A stretch of 64,000 bases of DNA from Elusimicrobiota bacterium. GTDB lineage: Bacteria; Elusimicrobiota; Elusimicrobia; UBA1565; UBA9628. The translations under genes were made by a program, and so were the position numbers. This document shows, in pieces, positions 46,122 through 54,362 of this stretch (positions are counted from its first letter, which is position 1; each line of letters opens with the position of its first letter). The notes under the pieces are model-generated. The model ran no database searches, was not told the origin of the DNA, and saw only the letters and a program-made list of their open reading frames with translations. Location of the stretch: NCBI GenBank assembly GCA_044450965.1, contig JBIOJO010000011.1, forward strand, positions 13,091 through 77,090, in the 5' to 3' direction.

Positions 46122-47476
46122 GCGGCGAGGCGGTCAAGCCGGCGCCGTTTCGCGGCAGCGGACCGTTCCTGCGCATCGCCCCGCCGCTGTGGCTCCCGCT
46201 GCGCCATTTCGCGCTGGCCGCCGTCGCCTTCGTCGTCTTCGCGGCCGCGGTCGCCTGGCGCGGCGGGAATCTCGTCGGTTTCGACATCGACGCGCGGTTC
46301 GCGCTGGGGCTGGTGCACGTCCTGACGCTCGGCTGGATCGCGCAGACCATCCTGGGGGCGTGTTGCCAGATGATGCCGACCCACGGCGAGGTCCCGCTCG
46401 CCTTTCCCCGCGCCGCCGCGGCCGGCTGGTGGCTGTTCGTCTTCGGGGTCCTCGCCTACGTGGGCGCGCTTTGGAGCGGCGTCGAGCGCTATTGGATACC
46501 GGCGCTCGCCGTCGCCGGCGGCGTCGCGATCGAACTCTTCGTCCTGGCCGTGACGCACGCGCGCGCGCGGAAGCGCGACACGACGTGGCTGCATTTCGCC
46601 GCGGCGCTCTTCTGGCTCGGCGCGCTCGCGACGGCGGGCGCGCTGATGGCTTACGACCGGCACCGCGGGCTCGTCTTTCGCGATCCGGAGGGCGGGCTGA
46701 TCGCGCACGTGCACATGGCGCTGATCGGCTTCGCCGCGACGACGATCTACGGCGCGGGTCACCGGCTGATCCCCTGGATCGCCTTGTGCCAGATCCGCAC
46801 GCGCTGGGAAGGACGGGCCAGCTTCGCGCTGACCCAGATCGGTCTCGCGGGTCTGGCGATCGACTCCCTGTTCCTGGGCCGGCGTCTGATGCCGCTGTGG
46901 GCGTGCCTGATCGCCGCGGGCTTTCTTCTGTACGCGCTGCAGCTGCGGCCCATCCTGACCGGCGGGGCGACGCTCGATCCTTCCCTGGCGTTGACGCTGC
47001 TGTCCTTCGCCGGCGGCGCGTTGTGGGCCGCGATCGGACTGGGCCTCGCGTTCGACGCCTTCGCCGACAGCACGCCCGCGCGGGGCGCCTACGTCTGGGC
47101 GGCGCTGGTCGGCTGCATCACGCCGATCATCTTGGCGCAGGTCCACAAGATCGCGCCTTTCCTGGTTTGGCTGCACGTCTACAGCCCTCGCCAATGGACG
47201 CCGCCGGTCAAGGTTCCCAAGATCGACGATCTGACCAGTCGCGGCCTCGCCTGGATGGAGTTCTTCACGCTGGCCGCCGCCGTGCCGCTCGGGACGGCTG
47301 GCTTGTGGCTCGAACGCGGCGGACTCGTGCGCGCGGCTGGAGGGTGCCTGCTCGCGACCGCCGCGTGCTACGCCTGGAACCTCGGGAGCGCGCTCCGCCA
47401 CGTCGTGCGTCCCGACGGCCATTGGGACCTGCCCGACGGCGCCCTCGAGATTGACGCGGCGTTTACGGTTGATTGA
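46118..47476 (+). CDS. Polytopic membrane protein, putative NnrS-family (NO-response heme-copper membrane protein)
   Basis: ~12 TM helices with conserved His residues. Located in a nirK operon, where NnrS is typical. Assignment is from context plus topology only. Confidence 0.5.
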   Translation: MSGEAVKPAPFRGSGPFLRIAPPLWLPLRHFALAAVAFVVFAAAVAWRGGNLVGFDIDARFALGLVHVLTLGWIAQTILGACCQMMPTHGEVPLAFPRAAAAGWWLFVFGVLAYVGALWSGVERYWIPALAVAGGVAIELFVLAVTHARARKRDTTWLHFAAALFWLGALATAGALMAYDRHRGLVFRDPEGGLIAHVHMALIGFAATTIYGAGHRLIPWIALCQIRTRWEGRASFALTQIGLAGLAIDSLFLGRRLMPLWACLIAAGFLLYALQLRPILTGGATLDPSLALTLLSFAGGALWAAIGLGLAFDAFADSTPARGAYVWAALVGCITPIILAQVHKIAPFLVWLHVYSPRQWTPPVKVPKIDDLTSRGLAWMEFFTLAAAVPLGTAGLWLERGGLVRAAGGCLLATAACYAWNLGSALRHVVRPDGHWDLPDGALEIDAAFTVD

Positions 47477-48224
47477 CGAGCTTTTCGAGGCCGGACAGAT
47501 TCGGCGATGCCGCGTCGGGCGCTACGCCGAGCTCTTCCAAAGGCAGATTCAAGCGGTTGACCCAGAACGTCTTGTAGCCGAAAGCCTTGGCTCCGGCCGC
47601 GTCCCAACCGGCGAAGGCGACGAAGACGATCTCGTCTCGCTTGAGGCCCAGCGCGTCCACGGCCATCTGATACGCCCGGGGATCGGGCTTGTAGGTCTTG
47701 AGCCTGTCCGTGCTGATCGCTTGCTCGAAAATCCCTTCCAGCCCCGAACTCTTGATGTCGGCTTCGAGCATCTTTGAAGTGAAGTTGGAGAGGAAAACCA
47801 GCCGGATTCCCGCGCCCTTGAGCGATCGCAGGATCGCCGGAGCGTCCGGCCAGGGCTTCAGGTCGAGGTAAGCGTCCATCAATTGCTTCCGCTCGTCGGC
47901 CGAAAGCTGGAGCTTCTGCTTTTTCGCGGCGAACACCAGCGCGTCCTCGGTGACTTGCCAAAAATCGGCGTAGGTGCCGGACATGGAGCGCAGCCACGTG
48001 TATTCGAATTGCCGCGCGCGCCAATCGTCGCAGAGGGCGGCGCCTTTGCCCGGGAAGAGTTTCTCCGCAAGGTCGAATACCGGGCGAGGGTCGAAGACCG
48101 GAAAGGCATCGAAGGCGACGGCTTTGATCTTGGAGCCGGGCGCGGCCGATGCGGTCGCGGTCAGTCCCAGAAGGAGGACGACGATGCACGCGGCCGAGCG
48201 GACTCTTCTCAGTGATGACGTCAT
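47463..48224 (-). CDS. HAD-superfamily hydrolase, 2-haloacid dehalogenase-like, with signal peptide
   Basis: Motif I AVAFDAF and conserved HAD motifs II-IV; signal peptide MTSSLRRVRSAACIVVLLLGLTATASA. Confidence 0.75.
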   Translation of the reverse strand: MTSSLRRVRSAACIVVLLLGLTATASAAPGSKIKAVAFDAFPVFDPRPVFDLAEKLFPGKGAALCDDWRARQFEYTWLRSMSGTYADFWQVTEDALVFAAKKQKLQLSADERKQLMDAYLDLKPWPDAPAILRSLKGAGIRLVFLSNFTSKMLEADIKSSGLEGIFEQAISTDRLKTYKPDPRAYQMAVDALGLKRDEIVFVAFAGWDAAGAKAFGYKTFWVNRLNLPLEELGVAPDAASPNLSGLEKLVNQP

Positions 48225-48240
48225 AGGAGGGATTCTATTT

Positions 48241-48272
48241 AAAAAGAAGAACCGGAGGCTGCGTGCCTCCGG
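48241..48272 (-). terminator. Rho-independent terminator downstream of the NTase-HEPN operon
   Basis: 8-bp GC stem CCGGAGGC/GCCTCCGG with a 5-nt loop, followed on the minus strand by TTCTTCTTTTT. Confidence 0.55.
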
Positions 48273-48393
48273 CTCTATCTTTATGAAGACTGCTCTCGAA
48301 AGTGGCGGCCCAGTCTATATGAAAGATAGAACTTTCAAGATAGAGTTCACTGTCAGCGGGGTCGGTGCGGTTTCCAGCTGACAAGGCCCGCGA

Positions 48394-48837
48394 TCACTTG
48401 ATCAGGAGAGGATGGCGTTTGCCGATGAGGCCGTGGAGAAGAGATGAAAATTTCTTGGCCTCACGGACCAGTTCCGTGACTTCTTGCTCGGACGCGACCT
48501 CGGTTCCAAGGTATTCCGCCAGGTTTCTTTTGGACCGGCAGTCGTCCAGATAATCCAGCACGTGATGGTGCTCCGCGTCCATGAGCTTGCGCAGCGCCAT
48601 GAACACGGTATGGTGGTGGCCTTGGCCCGCGGTGCGGTACCCTTCCGCGGCGAGGAAGGCGCGTCCCGCCTGGAGCGCGGCATTGTAGGCGATCGTGAGG
48701 CGGCGATCCTCGGAGAGACCCTTCACATGCGCATCGGCCAGATCGCGCTTGACGACGTCGAACAGCTTGCCGATTTCCTCGGCGGTCGCCTTATGAGGCT
48801 TAAGACGGCCCGAGTCCAAGAACTCTTGTAAACTCAT
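48394..48837 (-). CDS. HEPN-domain protein (nucleotidyltransferase substrate-binding-like), cognate partner of the upstream NTase
   Basis: All-helical ~147 aa with HEPN-like features. Directly follows, and overlaps, the NTase gene. Confidence 0.6.
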   Translation of the reverse strand: MSLQEFLDSGRLKPHKATAEEIGKLFDVVKRDLADAHVKGLSEDRRLTIAYNAALQAGRAFLAAEGYRTAGQGHHHTVFMALRKLMDAEHHHVLDYLDDCRSKRNLAEYLGTEVASEQEVTELVREAKKFSSLLHGLIGKRHPLLIK

Positions 48838-49405
48838 CTTCGGTGCCTATGATAAAAATTTTTGGACCCTTCAGGACGTCCTTGATAAAGGAGTCTCCTT
48901 TCTTGAGCCGGGCCTGCACTTCTTCAAGCGTGAACCGCGAAGTGTTGACCTCGCGCGACAATGCGGCCTTGGTTCCGGCAAGCGCCTTGTGGACCAGGGG
49001 GCCGGAGACCTTGCCCACGATGAACAAGTCTAGATCGCTCTCCGGAGTCTCCTCCCCTTTGGCGACCGAACCGTAAACGAACGCGAATCGGATGCCGGAC
49101 AGCTGGGTGAGGGCCGCGCGCAGGCTTCCGCCGAGTCCCGCGGTCTTGATGACCATAGCCTTGAGTTCGGGGTAGAGCGTGAAGGCTTGATTGACTTGCA
49201 TGTAGCGCCGATTTCCAGAGGTTTCGCGCTTCAAAAATCCCAGACGTTCCAAGCGGTCGAGTTCGACCTTGACCGCTCGCACGTCGGCTTTGATGAGCCG
49301 CGCGGCCTCTCTCAAGTATAGACGCTCTCCCGGCCTCATGGCGAAGGCGGCGATGAGGCGCGCTCGGGTGCGCGACGCGAAGATCCCTTCCAAGAGGTCC
49401 GCCAT
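48800..49405 (-). CDS. Nucleotidyltransferase (Pol-beta superfamily MNT) with N-terminal winged-helix HTH
   Basis: GSVAKGEETPESDLDLFIV matches the minimal-NTase GS-x9-13-DxD motif; N-terminal ArsR/MarR-like HTH. Confidence 0.75.
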   Translation of the reverse strand: MADLLEGIFASRTRARLIAAFAMRPGERLYLREAARLIKADVRAVKVELDRLERLGFLKRETSGNRRYMQVNQAFTLYPELKAMVIKTAGLGGSLRAALTQLSGIRFAFVYGSVAKGEETPESDLDLFIVGKVSGPLVHKALAGTKAALSREVNTSRFTLEEVQARLKKGDSFIKDVLKGPKIFIIGTEDEFTRVLGLGPS

Positions 49406-49418
49406 ATCGTTGCTAAGT

Positions 49419-49436
49419 ATACAACGAACGTTGTAT
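49419..49436 (+). promoter_or_regulatory. Perfect 8-2-8 inverted repeat ATACAACGAACGTTGTAT upstream of the NTase-HEPN operon; candidate autoregulatory operator
   Basis: Palindrome lies 14-31 nt upstream of the NTase start codon (49405). Confidence 0.4.
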
Positions 49437-49478
49437 GAAAGTCAACGGCATATATGTCGCGTTGCTGAAGGTGTCGGG

Positions 49479-49514
49479 AAAAGAAAAAGCCGCGCTCTCA
49501 ACAGAGGCGCGGCT
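49479..49514 (-). terminator. Rho-independent terminator downstream of tRNA-Asp
   Basis: Stem AGCCGCGCTCT/AGAGGCGCGGCT with a CAAC loop, followed on the minus strand by a T-rich run (TTTTTCTTTT). Confidence 0.55.
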
Positions 49515-49532
49515 CTTGCTCGGTAAAATTTC

Positions 49533-49607
49533 CGGGGCCAACGGGATTCGAACCCGTGATCTCCGCCTTGACAGGGCGGCGTGTTAGGCCAGCTACACCA
49601 TGACCCC
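49533..49607 (-). tRNA. tRNA-Asp (anticodon GTC)
   Basis: Manual cloverleaf: acceptor GGGGTCA/TGGCCCC, T-loop GGTTCGAAT, anticodon loop CUGUCAA. No encoded CCA. Confidence 0.85.
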
Positions 49608-49651
49608 AGCGCGACAGTATAACACATTCGCGCGAATCCCGCCAAACCGTC

Positions 49652-50863
49652 TCAACCCTCCGCGGTTTCTCCGTGCGCGACGAAGAAGACCGTGCCGATG
49701 AGCCCGAAGACCAGCCCGCAGACCGCGATCACGGCGTGCGCGCCGTAGGCGCGGAACAGCGTGGGCGAGGCGGACAGCAGCAGCAGTCCCGCCCCGGTCT
49801 CCGCGGCCATGCGCAGGCGAAACAGCTTCGGGATGTCGGCCACCGGGTAGCGCGCCTGGACCAGGTCCACGAACGGCAGGTCGCTCACCGGGCCGCCGAA
49901 CCCGCCCGCCACGCAGGCGAAGCCCAGCCAGAACAGGTTCGGCGCCAATCCCATGGCCAGGAAGCCCGCGCCCATGAACCAATAGCCGACGCACGCGATG
50001 GTGACCGGCCGGCGGCGGCGCATGTTCCCGGCGGACAGCGCTCCGGCGAAGTTGCCCACGCCGTAGCACGCCACGGCCCAGCCGAACGCGCGCACGTCGG
50101 CGGGGGCGATGGCGCGGACCAGCAGGGCCAGGCCCAATCCGTACGACAGGCTCCAGAAGCCGCCGATCAGGAAGCGCACCAGCATCAGGTCGCGCATCAG
50201 CGGGCTTTTCCCGGCGGCGCGCAGCCCGTCCAGCAGGCTTTCCTGGAAGCCGGCGCGCGGCGGCTCCGGGCGCGGCGCCGCGGCCGACCGTCCCAGCCGC
50301 ATCACGGAGAACGCGGACACCGCGAAGCTGGCGGAGTCCAAGGTGAAGAAGTGGATGGTGGACACGAACGGCGCCAGCAGGCCGACCACGGCGGGGCCCA
50401 CCGCGCGCGCCAGCCGCACCGTGGTGCTCATCAGCCCCGTCGCGGCCTGCAGCGTCTCCACGTCGGGCGACACGTCGGGTAGGGTGGCCTGGAGCGCCGG
50501 CTCGAAGAACGCGCTCAGCGCCGACAGCGACAGCGCGACGAAGAAGAGAAGCGGCAAGGTCACGCGACCGAAGTAGAACGCCGCGACCGGCAGGAGCACG
50601 ATCAGCGCCCGCCCGCCGTCCACGCCGATCATGGTGCGCCGGTGGTTCCACCGGTCCGCCCAGTGCCCGCCCACCAGGCACAAGGTCAGCAGGGCGCCCG
50701 ACTGCGCGGCGGCCAGGTAGCCCGTGTCCTCGCCGATCAGCCCCACCGCCAGCCAGATCAGCGCGACCCGGTAGATCTCGTCGCCGATGGCCGACAGCGC
50801 CTGGCCGCTCCACAGGAGGCGGATGGACCGTTCGCGCAGCGCCTTGAGCATCAGCATGGGCAC
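49652..50863 (-). CDS. MFS transporter
   Basis: 12 predicted TM helices; 403 aa. Confidence 0.8.
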   Translation of the reverse strand: MPMLMLKALRERSIRLLWSGQALSAIGDEIYRVALIWLAVGLIGEDTGYLAAAQSGALLTLCLVGGHWADRWNHRRTMIGVDGGRALIVLLPVAAFYFGRVTLPLLFFVALSLSALSAFFEPALQATLPDVSPDVETLQAATGLMSTTVRLARAVGPAVVGLLAPFVSTIHFFTLDSASFAVSAFSVMRLGRSAAAPRPEPPRAGFQESLLDGLRAAGKSPLMRDLMLVRFLIGGFWSLSYGLGLALLVRAIAPADVRAFGWAVACYGVGNFAGALSAGNMRRRRPVTIACVGYWFMGAGFLAMGLAPNLFWLGFACVAGGFGGPVSDLPFVDLVQARYPVADIPKLFRLRMAAETGAGLLLLSASPTLFRAYGAHAVIAVCGLVFGLIGTVFFVAHGETAEG

Positions 50864-50933
50864 GTGAGTGTAGCAGGACGGCGCTCCCGGTCAAGGGCCG
50901 GGCCTTGCATGCGGAGCGGATAGGCGATATTCT

Positions 50934-52160
50934 TTGGACGTGAGGCTTCTGGCCGCGGTTCTCTTCGTCGTCGCGCCGCTGTTCGCCGCGGACGCTCCGT
51001 CCTATCTCTCCCGGAACGGGAGCTTCGCGCTGACCATTCCGGCCCCGTACCGGCCGCGCTTCATTCCCTGGATCAACCTGGACATCGTGGGCTGGGAGCT
51101 GGAGGGGGACCACTCCGTCGCCGGCGCGGTCTGGCGCATGAATCACGACGTGTACCGGCGCTTCGGCGGCTCGGCGGAGGACGCCGCCCGGTTCATCCAG
51201 TCCACCCATATGTGCGGCGACCACGTCTGCGGTTCCACGCCGCTGTCCACCCAGGAGCTGCCGAACGGAGGAACGCTCTCCTTTTATGAGCTGCGCGATC
51301 CGTCCATCCCGTCCGACCGCGGCGTCCTCTCCGGGATCGCCCGGTCGGGAGACGAGTTCTACCGCGTGCAGGGCGTCAACTACGACCCGCTCAAGCCGTC
51401 GCGCGCCCAGCTCCTGGGCATTCTGCGCGGCCTGCGCGCGGCGCCGGGCGCGGACGCGCGTCCCGTGCCCATCCCGAACGGCGCGGGGAGCGGCGACGAC
51501 TGGGGCATACGCTTCTCCGGCGAGTCCGACCTGTCGTTGATGCAGGACATGCACAGCTCCTCGCCCATGCCGCCCGTTCCGCCGGCGCCGGCCGTGAGCA
51601 CCGTCACGCTCCGCGTCGCGGCGAGGACCAAGCCCAGGCGCCCGGAGAAGTTCCCGGCGCCGGCCGTTCTTCCCAAGACGAAGCCCAAAGCTGCCGTCAA
51701 GCCCCGCGCGCCCGCCGCGAAACGGCGCGCGGCGCCGGCGAAGACGGCGAAGGCCGCGCCCGCCGGGCCGCAGTCCTTTCCCGTGTTGCCGCCGGTCCCG
51801 CCGCACGAGAGTCCGGCGCTTCCCTCCGGCAAGACTTACGAAGATCTGGACGAGCGCCTGCAGCACGACGCGCTCCCCGATCTGATCGAGATGCTCCGCC
51901 ACGAGAACCCGCGCGTGCGCGCGCGCGTGGCCGACCTGATCGGCCAGCGCGGGGAGTCCGCCGCCGCCGCCGTGCCGCGCCTGATGGAAAACCTGGACGA
52001 CAAGGACGACCGGGCGCGTTCCAGCGCGGCGATGGCGCTGGGCAACATCGGCGCCCCGGCGCGCGGCGCGATCCCGAAGCTGAAAAAAATGGACCACGAC
52101 CCCAACCCCGACGCGCGCATGAGCGCGCGCAACGCGCTGGAAGAGCTGAGCGCGCTCTAG
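50934..52160 (+). CDS. Secreted protein with Pro/Lys/Ala-rich linker and C-terminal HEAT/PBS-lyase-like repeats
   Basis: TTG start with signal peptide. C-terminal repeats of the type ...VRARVADLIGQ...ARSSAAMALGNIG. Confidence 0.55.
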   Translation: MDVRLLAAVLFVVAPLFAADAPSYLSRNGSFALTIPAPYRPRFIPWINLDIVGWELEGDHSVAGAVWRMNHDVYRRFGGSAEDAARFIQSTHMCGDHVCGSTPLSTQELPNGGTLSFYELRDPSIPSDRGVLSGIARSGDEFYRVQGVNYDPLKPSRAQLLGILRGLRAAPGADARPVPIPNGAGSGDDWGIRFSGESDLSLMQDMHSSSPMPPVPPAPAVSTVTLRVAARTKPRRPEKFPAPAVLPKTKPKAAVKPRAPAAKRRAAPAKTAKAAPAGPQSFPVLPPVPPHESPALPSGKTYEDLDERLQHDALPDLIEMLRHENPRVRARVADLIGQRGESAAAAVPRLMENLDDKDDRARSSAAMALGNIGAPARGAIPKLKKMDHDPNPDARMSARNALEELSAL

Positions 52161-52810
52161 CGGACGGGCGGCGCGGGCTTCACGGAGAGCACCTTCCAGT
52201 CCACGCCGGAGAAATCCACCACGAATTCCAGCGCGGGCGGGCGGCCGCCCCGCGCGTCGCGCAGCGTCACCCGTCCCGAGTAATGATCCGTCGTCAATTT
52301 CTTGACGCTGTCCTCGTCCACTTGGGGGCGCGTGAGGCGCCACGCCTTCGGTTTCTTTCCCGGGACCTTTTCCGCGTACGGCCAGTAGCCCTTGGGGCTT
52401 TTCTTGGAGACGTAGGTCTCCACGACGGTCGCGAAGTTTCCCCGCACGTCGTCCAGGCTCATGGGGCCGGGCGCGGGATCCGGGCTGACGGAATTGTCCG
52501 ACTGCCCGGGGGCGATGTTGTTGTGGATGACCGGACCGGACGGCCCGGCGCGGACGCCGGCGGCGGTCGCGGCGGGCCAGTCGCCTTTCCCGCTGTTGCC
52601 GTCGCCGATGTGGTTTCCGTTGTCGACGGAGCCCGTCGGAGGCTGGTTCGGCTGGGGCTGGATGGGTTCGTAGCCCGAGGGGTCGGTGCCCACGCGTCTG
52701 TCGGCGCCGGGGTTCGGCGCGGGGTGGACCTGCGGGAAATCGGGATTGTCCTCGCCGCGCGCGACGGCCGCGGCGCACAGCAGCAGGAAGACGAGGGGCA
52801 AACGCTTCAT
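52157..52810 (-). CDS. Secreted hypothetical protein (Pro/Gly-rich N-region)
   Basis: Signal peptide MKRLPLVFLLLCAAAVARG; no recognisable domain. Confidence 0.5.
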   Translation of the reverse strand: MKRLPLVFLLLCAAAVARGEDNPDFPQVHPAPNPGADRRVGTDPSGYEPIQPQPNQPPTGSVDNGNHIGDGNSGKGDWPAATAAGVRAGPSGPVIHNNIAPGQSDNSVSPDPAPGPMSLDDVRGNFATVVETYVSKKSPKGYWPYAEKVPGKKPKAWRLTRPQVDEDSVKKLTTDHYSGRVTLRDARGGRPPALEFVVDFSGVDWKVLSVKPAPPVR

Positions 52811-52864
52811 CGCCGCAGTATAAAGCGGCCTCCGCGATAAATCAAGCGGGGAAATCCGCCGGGG

Positions 52865-53428
52865 CTACAGGCGGTAGGTCAGAGCGACGGTGAACATGTG
52901 GCCGCGCGTGCTGAAGTCCGTGCCGAATAGGCGCAGGGGCCGGGACCAGCTCACGGTCTCGGTCCAGAGGTAGCGATAGGAGCCGTCCAGCGCCCAGTTG
53001 GAGCCCAGCAGGAGCTCCATTCCCGCGCCGACGTGGGGGCCGAACAGGCGGGGGGACGCGTAGGGGCCGTCCGCGTGCGTGGGATACCAGCCGCCGCCGA
53101 TCAGCAGGTACGGCGACAGGCTGGCGTCCGGGGCGAAGTAGCCCAGGACCGTGGCCTGGACGGCGGTGGTGCGCACGTGGGTTCCGCCGGCGGTGTAGTG
53201 GGCGAAGTCCGCGGAGGCCTCGAAGGAGTAGACGGGCGTCATGTGCAGATGAAGCTGGACGCCGGGGGCCCAGGTCCCGTGGTCGGCGTCGTCGGGGTGG
53301 TAGAACGCGGCCCGCGGCCCCAAAGAGGTGGCGCTGTGCATGCCCTCGTCGGCGGCGCCGCCGTCGTAGGCCGACGCGCCGGACGCGGCGAGGAGAAGAA
53401 CGAGTGCGGCCGCGGCGCGGGAGCTCAT
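52865..53428 (-). CDS. Outer-membrane beta-barrel protein (OmpA/OmpW-like small porin family)
   Basis: Signal peptide; alternating amphipathic strands; C-terminal YRL. Confidence 0.65.
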   Translation of the reverse strand: MSSRAAAALVLLLAASGASAYDGGAADEGMHSATSLGPRAAFYHPDDADHGTWAPGVQLHLHMTPVYSFEASADFAHYTAGGTHVRTTAVQATVLGYFAPDASLSPYLLIGGGWYPTHADGPYASPRLFGPHVGAGMELLLGSNWALDGSYRYLWTETVSWSRPLRLFGTDFSTRGHMFTVALTYRL

Positions 53429-53477
53429 GGATCACTGTACTATAGTCGGGCCTCGCGCGCGGCGGAACGCCTGGGTC

Positions 53478-53506
53478 TTGACATCGAACAGATGTTCGAT
53501 TAAGCT
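53478..53506 (+). promoter_or_regulatory. Sigma70-like promoter (TTGACA-N17-TAAGCT) with an embedded Cheo-type LexA box CGAACAGATGTTCG (53485-53498)
   Basis: Exact match to the CGAACRNRYGTTCG SOS-box consensus, overlapping the -35/spacer, 15 nt upstream of the ImuA-like gene. Confidence 0.7.
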
Positions 53507-53512
53507 GTAGGG

Positions 53513-54142
53513 GTGGCGTCTCCGCAGCACCCCGTCCCCGTCGAAAACTCGCTGGCCGGAACAGAGTCCCTCAGGCCTTTGCTCCAGGACGGACGCATTG
53601 CGCCCGGACGCTACTCGGTGTCCGGCCCGCGCGATCTGAGCGGGCGCTTTCTCACGGCGTTGTGCCCGGCGCTGCTGAGCGGCACGCGCGTGCTGTGGCT
53701 GGACGCGGGGAATTCCTTCAACGCCTACGGGCTGGGCTACGCGTCGCGCTTCTTCGGGGCGGACGCGCGCGCGGCGCTGGCGCGCGTGGAACTGGCGCGG
53801 CCGTTCAACCTCTATCAGCTGGAGACGATGGTAAAGGTGAAGGTTCCGGAGCGCTGGCGCGGGGAGCCCATCGTGATCTCCGATCCGATGCCTTTGTTCT
53901 ACGACGAGGACGTGCCCGCGGCCGCGGCGCGGCGGGTGCTGGCGCGCGTGCTGGAGGGAATGGCGGCCCTGCCGGCGGTGTGGCTGGTGCTGACCGCGGA
54001 CCGCGAGGCGCCCGCGGGGCGCGAGGGCTGGGAAGATTTATTGAGCAAGAACGCGCATGGCGCGATGAGGTTCTATGGGCCGGACATTGCCGACGATCGT
54101 GCAGACGCTTCAGGCGGAAGAGGAAGCGTGGAAGCTGTTTAG
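53513..54142 (+). CDS. ImuA/SulA-like RecA-fold protein with degenerate Walker motifs (SOS-cassette first gene)
   Basis: VLWLDAGNSFNAYGLGYA parallels the RecA AFIDAEHALDPIYA core; ~209 aa, as for ImuA/SulA. LexA box upstream. Confidence 0.55.
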   Translation: MASPQHPVPVENSLAGTESLRPLLQDGRIAPGRYSVSGPRDLSGRFLTALCPALLSGTRVLWLDAGNSFNAYGLGYASRFFGADARAALARVELARPFNLYQLETMVKVKVPERWRGEPIVISDPMPLFYDEDVPAAAARRVLARVLEGMAALPAVWLVLTADREAPAGREGWEDLLSKNAHGAMRFYGPDIADDRADASGGRGSVEAV

Positions 54143-54362
54143 GCGGGCGCTGCGCAAGGAAGACCAGGAGGCGTTCGACGCGCTGTGGCGCTTCGCGCGC
54201 TACCACGCGGCGCCGGCGTCCATGGCCAGCCGGCCCATGCCGTTCGAGGCGGCGCTGATGGCGATGCTGGTGGCCGTGGAGCGGCAGCTCCTGGAGATGG
54301 AGCGGCTGGAGAAGAAGCGGAGAGCGGATGCCGACGGAAAAAACGGAGGGGTGGATCTTTGA
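54075..54362 (+). CDS. Small hypothetical protein (95 aa) between the ImuA-like gene and polB
   Basis: ORF overlapping both neighbours; helical, charged. Start uncertain. Confidence 0.4.
   Translation: MGRTLPTIVQTLQAEEEAWKLFRRALRKEDQEAFDALWRFARYHAAPASMASRPMPFEAALMAMLVAVERQLLEMERLEKKRRADADGKNGGVDL

Noticed and set aside
49593-52778. 1061-aa minus-strand ORF
   Set aside because: Spans the MFS, HEAT and secreted-protein genes in wrong frames; Arg-rich.
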